A stretch of 64,000 bases of DNA, taken from assembly GCF_009914755.1 (NCBI RefSeq), contig NC_060941.1. The stretch is one strand, 5' to 3'. Under the pieces are notes generated by a model that saw only the letters and a program-made list of their open reading frames with translations, was not told the DNA's origin and did not search any database. This DNA is from the human T2T-CHM13v2.0 reference genome, Homo sapiens. The position numbers were made by a program, and so were the translations under genes. This document shows positions 1 to 11,100 of this stretch, piece after piece; positions within the stretch are counted from its first letter, which is position 1; the number at the start of each line of letters is the position of its first letter.

Positions 1-5
1 GTGGC

Positions 6-22
6 CTTCGTTCGAAACGGGT
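6..22 (+). promoter_or_regulatory. CENP-B box (intact core), repeated in every unit
   Basis: CTTCGTTCGAAACGGGT matches NTTCGNNNNANNCGGGN. Confidence 0.9.
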
Positions 23-176
23 ATATCTTCGCATAAAATCTAGACAGAAGCCTTCTCAGAAACTTCTCTGTGATGATTGCATTCAACTCACAGAGTTGAA
101 CCCTCCTATGGATAGAGCAGTGTTGAAACTCTCTTTTTGTGGAATCTGCAAGTGGATACGTGGACCTCTCCGAAGA

Positions 177-193
177 TGTCTTTGGAAACGGGA
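177..193 (+). other. Degenerate CENP-B box (TTCG replaced by GTCT)
   Basis: TGTCTTTGGAAACGGGA lies at the box position but lacks the TTCG core; it looks the same in every unit I read. Confidence 0.8.
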
Positions 194-519
194 ATATCTT
201 CACATAAAAACTAAACAGAAGCATTCTCAGAAACTTCTCTGTGATGTTTGTGTTCAACTCCCAGAGTTTCACATTGCTTTTCATAGAGTAGTTCTGAAAC
301 ATGCTTTTCGTAGTGTCTACAAGTGGACATTTGGAGCGCTTTCAGGCCTGTGGTGGAAAACGAATTATGGTCACATAAAAACTGGAGAGAAGCATTGTCA
401 GAAACTTCTTTGTGATGATTGCATTCAACTCACAGAGTTGAAGGTTCCTTTTCAAAGAGCAGTTTCCAATCACTCTTTCTGTGGAATCTGCAAGTGGATA
501 TTTGGACCTATTTTGAAGA

Positions 520-536
520 TTTCGTTGGAAACGGGA
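520..536 (+). promoter_or_regulatory. CENP-B box (intact)
   Basis: TTTCGTTGGAAACGGGA. Confidence 0.92.
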
Positions 537-690
537 GAATCTTCACAGGAAAGCTAAACAGAAGCATTCTCAGAAACTTCTTTGTGATGCTTGCATTCAA
601 CTCACAGAGTTGAACTTTCCTTTCGAGAGAGAAGCTTTGAAACACTCTTTTTCCAGAATCTGCAAGTGGACATTTGGAGGGCTTTGAGGC

Positions 691-707
691 CTGTGGTGGA
701 AAAGGAA
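691..707 (+). other. A-type (pJ-alpha-like) box; related boxes at ~348, ~862, ~1535, ~2213 and ~2384
   Basis: CTGTGGTGGAAAAGGAA or CTATGGTAGTAAAGGAA replaces the CENP-B box in 6 of the 16 monomers. Confidence 0.75.
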
Positions 708-1032
708 TTATCTTCCCGTAAAAGCTAGATAGAAGCATTCTCAGAAACTACTTTGTGATGATTGCATTCAAGTCACAGAGTTGAACATTCCCTTTGACAG
801 AGCAGTTTGGAAACTCTCTTTGTGTAGAATCTGCAAGTGGAGATATGGACCGCTTTGAGGCCTATGGTAGTAAAGGAAATAGCTTCATATAAAAGCTAGA
901 CAGTAGCATTCACAGAAAACTCTTGGTGACGACTGAGTTTAACTCACAGAGCTGAACATTCCTTTGGATGGAGCAGTTTCGAAACACACTATTTGTAGAA
1001 TGTGCAAGTGGATATTTAGGCCTCTCTGAGGA

Positions 1033-1049
1033 TTTCGTTGGAAACGGGA
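1033..1049 (+). promoter_or_regulatory. CENP-B box (intact)
   Basis: TTTCGTTGGAAACGGGA. Confidence 0.92.
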
Positions 1050-1199
1050 TAAACCGCACAGAACTAAACAGAAGCATTCTCAGAACCTTCTTCGTGATGT
1101 TTGCATTCAACTCACAGTGTTGAACCTTTCTTTGATAGTTCAGGTTTGAAACGGTCTTTCTGCAGAAACTGCAAGTAGATATTTGGACCTCTCTGAGGA

Positions 1200-1216
1200 T
1201 TTCGTTGGAAACGGGA
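1200..1216 (+). promoter_or_regulatory. CENP-B box (intact)
   Basis: TTTCGTTGGAAACGGGA. Confidence 0.92.
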
Positions 1217-1367
1217 TACCCCGCACAGAACTAAAACAGAAGCATTCTCAGAACCCTCTTCGTGATGTTTGCATTCAACTCACAGTGCTGAACCTTTCTT
1301 TGATAGTTCAGCTTTGAAACACTCTTTTTGTAGAAACTGCAAGTGGATATTTGGTCCTCTCTGAGGA

Positions 1368-1384
1368 TTTCGTTGGAAACGGGA
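1368..1384 (+). promoter_or_regulatory. CENP-B box (intact)
   Basis: TTTCGTTGGAAACGGGA. Confidence 0.92.
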
Positions 1385-1702
1385 TAAACTGCACAGAACT
1401 AAACAGAAGCATTCTCAGAACCTTCTTCGTGATGTCTGCATTCAACTCACAGTGTGGAACCTTTCTTTGATAGTTCAGGTTTGAAACACTCTTTTTGTAG
1501 AAACTGCAAGGGGATAATTGCACTCTTTGAGGAGTACCGTAGTAAAGGAAATAACTTCCTATAAAAAGAAGACAGAAGCTTTCTCAGAAAATTCTTTGGG
1601 ATGATTGAGTTGAACTCACAGAGCTGAGCATTCCTTGCGATGTAGCAGTTTAGAAACACACTTTCTGCAGAATCTGCAAGTGCATATTTGGACCTCTGTG
1701 AG

Positions 1703-1721
1703 GAATTCGTTGGAAACGGGA
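1703..1721 (+). promoter_or_regulatory. HOR-defining EcoRI site (1703-1708) overlapping a CENP-B box (1705-1721)
   Basis: GAATTCGTTGGAAACGGGA is present once in every unit. Confidence 0.9.
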
Positions 1722-1870
1722 TAATTTCAGCTGACTAAACAGAAGCAGTCTCAGAATCTTCTTTGTGATGTTTGCATTCAAATCCCCGAGTTGAACTTTC
1801 CTTTCAAAGTTCACGTTTGAAACACTCTTTTTGCAGGATCTACAAGTGGATATTTGGACCACTCTGTGTC

Positions 1871-1887
1871 CTTCGATCGAAACGGGT
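1871..1887 (+). promoter_or_regulatory. CENP-B box, variant spacer with palindrome TTCGATCGAA
   Basis: CTTCGATCGAAACGGGT keeps the 9 core bases. Confidence 0.8.
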
Positions 1888-2041
1888 ATATCTTCACATG
1901 ACATCTAGACAGAAGCATCCTCAGAAGCTTCTCTGTGATGACTGCATTCAACTCACGGAGTTGAACACTCCTTTTGAGAGCGCAGTTTTGAAACTCTCTT
2001 TCTGTGGCATCTGCAAGGGGACATGTAGACCTCTTTGAAGA

Positions 2042-2058
2042 TTTCGTTGGAAACGGAA
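2042..2058 (+). other. Degenerate CENP-B box (CGGG to CGGA)
   Basis: TTTCGTTGGAAACGGAA; it looks the same in every unit I read. Confidence 0.8.
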
Positions 2059-2554
2059 TCATCTTCACATAAAAACTATACAGATGCATTCTCAGGAACT
2101 TTTTGGTGATGTTTGTATTCAACTCCCAGAGTTGAACTTTCCTTTGGAAAGAGCAGCTATGAAACACTCTTTTTCTAGAATCTGCAAGTGGACGTTTGGA
2201 GGGCTTTGTGGTTTGTGGTGGAAAAGGAAATATCTTCACCTAAATACTAGATAGAAGCATTCTCAGAAACTGCTTTGTGATGATTGCATTCACCTCACAG
2301 AGTTGAACATTCCTATTGATAGAGCAGTTTGGAAACACTCTTGTTGTGGAATGTGCAAGTGGAGATTTGGAGCGCTTTGAGGCCTATGGTAGTAAAGGGA
2401 ATAGCTTCATAGAAAAACTAGACAGAAGCATTCTCAGAAAATACTTTGTGATGATTGAGTTTAACTCACAGAGCTGAACATTCCTTTGGATGGAGCAGGT
2501 TTGAGACACACTTTTTGTAGAATCTACAAGTGGATATTTGGACCTCTCTGAGGA

Positions 2555-2571
2555 TTTCGTTGGAAACGGGA
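2555..2571 (+). promoter_or_regulatory. CENP-B box (intact in most units; broken in U7, U9 and U11)
   Basis: TTTCGTTGGAAACGGGA. Confidence 0.9.
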
Positions 2572-2715
2572 TAACTGCACCTAACTAAACGGAAGCATTC
2601 TCAGAAACTTCTTGGTGATGTTTGCATTCAAATCCCAGAGTTGAACCTTCCTTTGATAGTTCAGGTTTGAAACACTCTTTTTGTAGGATCTGCAAGTGGA
2701 TATTTGGACCACTCT

Positions 2716-5430
2716 GTGGCCTTCGTTCGAAACGGGTATATCTTCGCATAAAATCTAGACAGAAGCCTTCTCAGAAACTTCTCTGTGATGATTGCATTCA
2801 ACTCACAGAGTTGAACCCTCCTATGGATAGAGCAGTGTTGAAACTCTCTTTTTGTGGAATCTGCAAGTGGATACGTGGACCTCTCCGAAGATGTCTTTGG
2901 AAACGGGAATATCTTCACATAAAAACTAAACAGAAGCATTCTCAGAAACTTCTCTGTGATGTTTGTGTTCAACTCCCAGAGTTTCACATTGCTTTTCATA
3001 GAGTAGTTCTGAAACATGCTTTTCGTAGTGTCTACAAGTGGACATTTGGAGCGCTTTCAGGCCTGTGGTGGAAAACGAATTATGGTCACATAAAAACTGG
3101 AGAGAAGCATTGTCAGAAACTTCTTTGTGATGATTGCATTCAACTCACAGAGTTGAAGGTTCCTTTTCAAAGAGCAGTTTCCAATCACTCTTTCTGTGGA
3201 ATCTGCAAGTGGATATTTGGACCTATTTTGAAGATTTCGTTGGAAACGGGAGAATCTTCACAGGAAAGCTAAACAGAAGCATTCTCAGAAACTTCTTTGT
3301 GATGCTTGCATTCAACTCACAGAGTTGAACTTTCCTTTCGAGAGAGAAGCTTTGAAACACTCTTTTTCCAGAATCTGCAAGTGGACATTTGGAGGGCTTT
3401 GAGGCCTGTGGTGGAAAAGGAATTATCTTCCCGTAAAAGCTAGATAGAAGCATTCTCAGAAACTACTTTGTGATGATTGCATTCAAGTCACAGAGTTGAA
3501 CATTCCCTTTGACAGAGCAGTTTGGAAACTCTCTTTGTGTAGAATCTGCAAGTGGAGATATGGACCGCTTTGAGGCCTATGGTAGTAAAGGAAATAGCTT
3601 CATATAAAAGCTAGACAGTAGCATTCACAGAAAACTCTTGGTGACGACTGAGTTTAACTCACAGAGCTGAACATTCCTTTGGATGGAGCAGTTTCGAAAC
3701 ACACTATTTGTAGAATGTGCAAGTGGATATTTAGGCCTCTCTGAGGATTTCGTTGGAAACGGGATAAACCGCACAGAACTAAACAGAAGCATTCTCAGAA
3801 CCTTCTTCGTGATGTTTGCATTCAACTCACAGTGTTGAACCTTTCTTTGATAGTTCAGGTTTGAAACGGTCTTTCTGCAGAAACTGCAAGTAGATATTTG
3901 GACCTCTCTGAGGATTTCGTTGGAAACGGGATACCCCGCACAGAACTAAAACAGAAGCATTCTCAGAACCCTCTTCGTGATGTTTGCATTCAACTCACAG
4001 TGCTGAACCTTTCTTTGATAGTTCAGCTTTGAAACACTCTTTTTGTAGAAACTGCAAGTGGATATTTGGTCCTCTCTGAGGATTTCGTTGGAAACGGGAT
4101 AAACTGCACAGAACTAAACAGAAGCATTCTCAGAACCTTCTTCGTGATGTCTGCATTCAACTCACAGTGTGGAACCTTTCTTTGATAGTTCAGGTTTGAA
4201 ACACTCTTTTTGTAGAAACTGCAAGGGGATAATTGCACTCTTTGAGGAGTACCGTAGTAAAGGAAATAACTTCCTATAAAAAGAAGACAGAAGCTTTCTC
4301 AGAAAATTCTTTGGGATGATTGAGTTGAACTCACAGAGCTGAGCATTCCTTGCGATGTAGCAGTTTAGAAACACACTTTCTGCAGAATCTGCAAGTGCAT
4401 ATTTGGACCTCTGTGAGGAATTCGTTGGAAACGGGATAATTTCAGCTGACTAAACAGAAGCAGTCTCAGAATCTTCTTTGTGATGTTTGCATTCAAATCC
4501 CCGAGTTGAACTTTCCTTTCAAAGTTCACGTTTGAAACACTCTTTTTGCAGGATCTACAAGTGGATATTTGGACCACTCTGTGTCCTTCGATCGAAACGG
4601 GTATATCTTCACATGACATCTAGACAGAAGCATCCTCAGAAGCTTCTCTGTGATGACTGCATTCAACTCACGGAGTTGAACACTCCTTTTGAGAGCGCAG
4701 TTTTGAAACTCTCTTTCTGTGGCATCTGCAAGGGGACATGTAGACCTCTTTGAAGATTTCGTTGGAAACGGAATCATCTTCACATAAAAACTATACAGAT
4801 GCATTCTCAGGAACTTTTTGGTGATGTTTGTATTCAACTCCCAGAGTTGAACTTTCCTTTGGAAAGAGCAGCTATGAAACACTCTTTTTCTATAATCTGC
4901 AAGTGGACGTTTGGAGGGCTTTGTGGTTTGTGGTGGAAAAGGAAATATCTTCACCTAAATACTAGATAGAAGCATTCTCAGAAACTGCTTTGTGATGATT
5001 GCATTCACCTCACAGAGTTGAACATTCCTATTGATAGAGCAGTTTGGAAACACTCTTGTTGTGGAATGTGCAAGTGGAGATTTGGAGCGCTTTGAGGCCT
5101 ATGGTAGTAAAGGGAATAGCTTCATAGAAAAACTAGACAGAAGCATTCTCAGAAAATACTTTGTGATGATTGAGTTTAACTCACAGAGCTGAACATTCCT
5201 TTGGATGGAGCAGGTTTGAGACACACTTTTTGTAGAATCTACAAGTGGATATTTGGACCTCTCTGAGGATTTCGTTGGAAACGGGATAACTGCACCTAAC
5301 TAAACGGAAGCATTCTCAGAAACTTCTTGGTGATGTTTGCATTCAAATCCCAGAGTTGAACCTTCCTTTGATAGTTCAGGTTTGAAACACTCTTTTTGTA
5401 GGATCTGCAAGTGGATATTTGGACCACTCT
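2716..5430 (+). repeat. HOR unit U2 (16-mer, 2715 bp)
   Basis: Copy of U1 with SNV G>T at 4893. Confidence 0.95.
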
Positions 5431-8146
5431 GTGGCCTTCGTTCGAAACGGGTATATCTTCGCATAAAATCTAGACAGAAGCCTTCTCAGAAACTTCTCTG
5501 TGATGATTGCATTCAACTCACAGAGTTGAACCCTCCTATGGATAGAGCAGTGTTGAAACTCTCTTTTTGTGGAATCTGCAAGTGGATACGTGGACCTCTC
5601 CGAAGATGTCTTTGGAAACGGGAATATCTTCACATAAAAACTAAACAGAAGCATTCTCAGAAACTTCTCTGTGATGTTTGTGTTCAACTCCCAGAGTTTC
5701 ACATTGCTTTTCATAGAGTAGTTCTGAAACATGCTTTTCGTAGTGTCTACAAGTGGACATTTGGAGCGCTTTCAGGCCTGTGGTGGAAAACGAATTATGG
5801 TCACATAAAAACTGGAGAGAAGCATTGTCAGAAACTTCTTTGTGATGATTGCATTCAACTCACAGAGTTGAAGGTTCCTTTTCAAAGAGCAGTTTCCAAT
5901 CACTCTTTCTGTGGAATCTGCAAGTGGATATTTGGACCTATTTTGAAGATTTCGTTGGAAACGGGAGAATCTTCACAGGAAAGCTAAACAGAAGCATTCT
6001 CAGAAACTTCTTTGTGATGCTTGCATTCAACTCACAGAGTTGAACTTTCCTTTCGAGAGAGAAGCTTTGAAACACTCTTTTTCCAGAATCTGCAAGTGGA
6101 CATTTGGAGGGCTTTGAGGCCTGTGGTGGAAAAGGAATTATCTTCCCGTAAAAGCTAGATAGAAGCATTCTCAGAAACTACTTTGTGATGATTGCATTCA
6201 AGTCACAGAGTTGAACATTCCCTTTGACAGAGCAGTTTGGAAACTCTCTTTGTGTAGAATCTGCAAGTGGAGATATGGACCGCTTTGAGGCCTATGGTAG
6301 TAAAGGAAATAGCTTCATATAAAAGCTAGACAGTAGCATTCACAGAAAACTCTTGGTGACGACTGAGTTTAACTCACAGAGCTGAACATTCCTTTGGATG
6401 GAGCAGTTTCGAAACACACTATTTGTAGAATGTGCAAGTGGATATTTAGGCCTCTCTGAGGATTTCGTTGGAAACGGGATAAACCGCACAGAACTAAACA
6501 GAAGCATTCTCAGAACCTTCTTCGTGATGTTTGCATTCAACTCACAGTGTTGAACCTTTCTTTGATAGTTCAGGTTTGAAACGGTCTTTCTGCAGAAACT
6601 GCAAGTAGATATTTGGACCTCTCTGAGGATTTCGTTGGAAACGGGATACCCCGCACAGAACTAAAACAGAAGCATTCTCAGAACCCTCTTCGTGATGTTT
6701 GCATTCAACTCACAGTGCTGAACCTTTCTTTGATAGTTCAGCTTTGAAACACTCTTTTTGTAGAAACTGCAAGTGGATATTTGGTCCTCTCTGAGGATTT
6801 CGTTGGAAACGGGATACCCCGCACAGAACTAAAACAGAAGCATTCTCAGAACCCTCTTCGTGATGTCTGCATTCAACTCACAGTGTGGAACCTTTCTTTG
6901 ATAGTTCAGGTTTGAAACACTCTTTTTGTAGAAACTGCAAGGGGATAATTGCACTCTTTGAGGAGTACCGTAGTAAAGGAAATAACTTCCTATAAAAAGA
7001 AGACAGAAGCTTTCTCAGAAAATTCTTTGGGATGATTGAGTTGAACTCACAGAGCTGAGCATTCCTTGCGATGTAGCAGTTTAGAAACACACTTTCTGCA
7101 GAATCTGCAAGTGCATATTTGGACCTCTGTGAGGAATTCGTTGGAAACGGGATAATTTCAGCTGACTAAACAGAAGCAGTCTCAGAATCTTCTTTGTGAT
7201 GTTTGCATTCAAATCCCCGAGTTGAACTTTCCTTTCAAAGTTCACGTTTGAAACACTCTTTTTGCAGGATCTACAAGTGGATATTTGGACCACTCTGTGT
7301 CCTTCGATCGAAACGGGTATATCTTCACATGACATCTAGACAGAAGCATCCTCAGAAGCTTCTCTGTGATGACTGCATTCAACTCACGGAGTTGAACACT
7401 CCTTTTGAGAGCGCAGTTTTGAAACTCTCTTTCTGTGGCATCTGCAAGGGGACATGTAGACCTCTTTGAAGATTTCGTTGGAAACGGAATCATCTTCACA
7501 TAAAAACTATACAGATGCATTCTCAGGAACTTTTTGGTGATGTTTGTATTCAACTCCCAGAGTTGAACTTTCCTTTGGAAAGAGCAGCTATGAAACACTC
7601 TTTTTCTAGAATCTGCAAGTGGACGTTTGGAGGGCTTTGTGGTTTGTGGTGGAAAAGGAAATATCTTCACCTAAATACTAGATAGAAGCATTCTCAGAAA
7701 CTGCTTTGTGATGATTGCATTCACCTCACAGAGTTGAACATTCCTATTGATAGAGCAGTTTGGAAACACTCTTGTTGTGGAATGTGCAAGTGGAGATTTG
7801 GAGCGCTTTGAGGCCTATGGTAGTAAAGGGAATAGCTTCATAGAAAAACTAGACAGAAGCATTCTCAGAAAATACTTTGTGATGATTGAGTTTAACTCAC
7901 AGAGCTGAACATTCCTTTGGATGGAGCAGGTTTGAGACACACTTTTTGTAGAATCTACAAGTGGATATTTGGACCTCTCTGAGGATTTCGTTGGAAACGG
8001 GATAACTGCACCTAACTAAACGGAAGCATTCTCAGAAACTTCTTGGTGATGTTTGCATTCAAATCCCAGAGTTGAACCTTCCTTTGATAGTTCAGGTTTG
8101 AAACACTCTTTTTGTAGGATCTGCAAGTGGATATTTGGACCACTCT
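5431..8146 (+). repeat. HOR unit U3 (16-mer, 2716 bp; +1 bp from an internal conversion tract)
   Basis: ORF spacing 5337 to 8053 is 2716; the third triplicated monomer carries second-copy sequence at 6817-6854. Confidence 0.93.
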
Positions 8147-11100
8147 GTGGCCTTCGTTCGAAACGGGTATATCTTCGCATAAAATCTAGACAGAAGCCTT
8201 CTCAGAAACTTCTCTGTGATGATTGCATTCAACTCACAGAGTTGAACCCTCCTATGGATAGAGCAGTGTTGAAACTCTCTTTTTGTGGAATCTGCAAGTG
8301 GATACGTGGACCTCTCCGAAGATGTCTTTGGAAACGGGAATATCTTCACATAAAAACTAAACAGAAGCATTCTCAGAAACTTCTCTGTGATGTTTGTGTT
8401 CAACTCCCAGAGTTTCACATTGCTTTTCATAGAGTAGTTCTGAAACATGCTTTTCGTAGTGTCTACAAGTGGACATTTGGAGCGCTTTCAGGCCTGTGGT
8501 GGAAAACGAATTATGGTCACATAAAAACTGGAGAGAAGCATTGTCAGAAACTTCTTTGTGATGATTGCATTCAACTCACAGAGTTGAAGGTTCCTTTTCA
8601 AAGAGCAGTTTCCAATCACTCTTTCTGTGGAATCTGCAAGTGGATATTTGGACCTATTTTGAAGATTTCGTTGGAAACGGGAGAATCTTCACAGGAAAGC
8701 TAAACAGAAGCATTCTCAGAAACTTCTTTGTGATGCTTGCATTCAACTCACAGAGTTGAACTTTCCTTTCGAGAGAGAAGCTTTGAAACACTCTTTTTCC
8801 AGAATCTGCAAGTGGACATTTGGAGGGCTTTGAGGCCTGTGGTGGAAAAGGAATTATCTTCCCGTAAAAGCTAGATAGAAGCATTCTCAGAAACTACTTT
8901 GTGATGATTGCATTCAAGTCACAGAGTTGAACATTCCCTTTGACAGAGCAGTTTGGAAACTCTCTTTGTGTAGAATCTGCAAGTGGAGATATGGACCGCT
9001 TTGAGGCCTATGGTAGTAAAGGAAATAGCTTCATATAAAAGCTAGACAGTAGCATTCACAGAAAACTCTTGGTGACGACTGAGTTTAACTCACAGAGCTG
9101 AACATTCCTTTGGATGGAGCAGTTTCGAAACACACTATTTGTAGAATGTGCAAGTGGATATTTAGGCCTCTCTGAGGATTTCGTTGGAAACGGGATAAAC
9201 CGCACAGAACTAAACAGAAGCATTCTCAGAACCTTCTTCGTGATGTTTGCATTCAACTCACAGTGTTGAACCTTTCTTTGATAGTTCAGGTTTGAAACGG
9301 TCTTTCTGCAGAAACTGCAAGTAGATATTTGGACCTCTCTGAGGATTTCGTTGGAAACGGGATACCCCGCACAGAACTAAAACAGAAGCATTCTCAGAAC
9401 CCTCTTCGTGATGTTTGCATTCAACTCACAGTGCTGAACCTTTCTTTGATAGTTCAGCTTTGAAACACTCTTTTTGTAGAAACTGCAAGTGGATATTTGG
9501 TCCTCTCTGAGGAATTCGTTGGAAACGGGATAAACTGCACAGAACTAAACAGAAGCATTCTCAGAACCTTCTTCGTGATGTCTGCATTCAACTCACAGTG
9601 TGGAACCTTTCTTTGATAGTTCAGGTTTGAAACACTCTTTTTGTAGAAACTGCAAGGGGATAATTGCACTCTTTGAGGAGTACCGTAGTAAAGGAAATAA
9701 CTTCCTATAAAAAGAAGACAGAAGCTTTCTCAGAAAATTCTTTGGGATGATTGAGTTGAACTCACAGAGCTGAGCATTCCTTGCGATGTAGCAGTTTAGA
9801 AACACACTTTCTGCAGAATCTGCAAGTGCATATTTGGACCTCTGTGAGGAATTCGTTGGAAACGGGATAATTTCAGCTGACTAAACAGAAGCAGTCTCAG
9901 AATCTTCTTTGTGATGTTTGCATTCAAATCCCCGAGTTGAACTTTCCTTTCAAAGTTCACGTTTGAAACACTCTTTTTGCAGGATCTACAAGTGGATATT
10001 TGGACCACTCTGTGTCCTTCGATCGAAACGGGTATATCTTCACATGACATCTAGACAGAAGCATCCTCAGAAGCTTCTCTGTGATGACTGCATTCAACTC
10101 ACGGAGTTGAACACTCCTTTTGAGAGCGCAGTTTTGAAACTCTCTTTCTGTGGCATCTGCAAGGGGACATGTAGACCTCTTTGAAGATTTCGTTGGAAAC
10201 GGAATCATCTTCACATAAAAACTATACAGATGCATTCTCAGGAACTTTTTGGTGATGTTTGTATTCAACTCCCAGAGTTGAACTTTCCTTTGGAAAGAGC
10301 AGCTATGAAACACTCTTTTTCTAGAATCTGCAAGTGGACGTTTGGAGGGCTTTGTGGTTTGTGGTGGAAAAGGAAATATCTTCACCTAAATACTAGATAG
10401 AAGCATTCTCAGAAACTGCTTTGTGATGATTGCATTCACCTCACAGAGTTGAACATTCCTATTGATAGAGCAGTTTGGAAACACTCTTGTTGTGGAATGT
10501 GCAAGTGGAGATTTGGAGCGCTTTGAGGCCTATGGTAGTAAAGGGAATAGCTTCATAGAAAAACTAGACAGAAGCATTCTCAGAAAATACTTTGTGATGA
10601 TTGAGTTTAACTCACAGAGCTGAACATTCCTTTGGATGGAGCAGGTTTGAGACACACTTTTTGTAGAATCTACAAGTGGATATTTGGACCTCTCTGAGGA
10701 TTTCGTTGGAAACGGGATAACTGCACCTAACTAAACGGAAGCATTCTCAGAAACTTCTTGGTGATGTTTGCATTCAAATCCCAGAGTTGAACCTTCCTTT
10801 GATAGTTCAGGTTTGAAACACTCTTTTTGTAGGATCTGCAAGTGGATATTTGGACCACTCTGTGGCCTTCGTTCGAAACGGGTATATCTTCGCATAAAAT
10901 CTAGACAGAAGCCTTCTCAGAAACTTCTCTGTGATGATTGCATTCAACTCACAGAGTTGAACCCTCCTATGGATAGAGCAGTGTTGAAACTCTCTTTTTG
11001 TGGAATCTGCAAGTGGATACGTGGACCTCTCCGAAGATGTCTTTGGAAACGGGAATATCTTCACATAAAAACTAAACAGAAGCATTCTCAGAAACTTCTC

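Larger units (their letters stand above)
1033..1534 (+). repeat. Internal tandem triplication of one short monomer (167/168/167 bp) within the HOR
   Basis: Three near-identical copies begin TTTCGTTGGAAACGGGATA..GCACAGAACTAAA and contain CTTCGTGATG..CTCACAGTG..GAACCTTTCTTTGATAGTTCAG. They are far more similar to each other than to the other monomers. Confidence 0.92.
1..2715 (+). repeat. HOR unit U1 (reference 16-mer)
   Basis: There are 16 box positions, at 6, 177, 348, 520, 691, 862, 1033, 1200, 1368, 1535, 1705, 1871, 2042, 2213, 2384 and 2555 (spacing 166-172 bp). The sequence restarts identically at 2716. Confidence 0.97.

Noticed and set aside
426-441. TTCAACTCACAGAGTTGAA-type inverted repeat as a terminator or ncRNA hairpin
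   Set aside because: It is a well-known dyad in the alpha-satellite monomer consensus, present in most monomers, and is not evidence of an RNA gene or terminator.
2622-3272. Cys/His-rich pattern (CGIC, CDDC) resembling zinc fingers
   Set aside because: It arises from TGT/TGC-rich alphoid motifs and lacks canonical C2H2 spacing or linkers.
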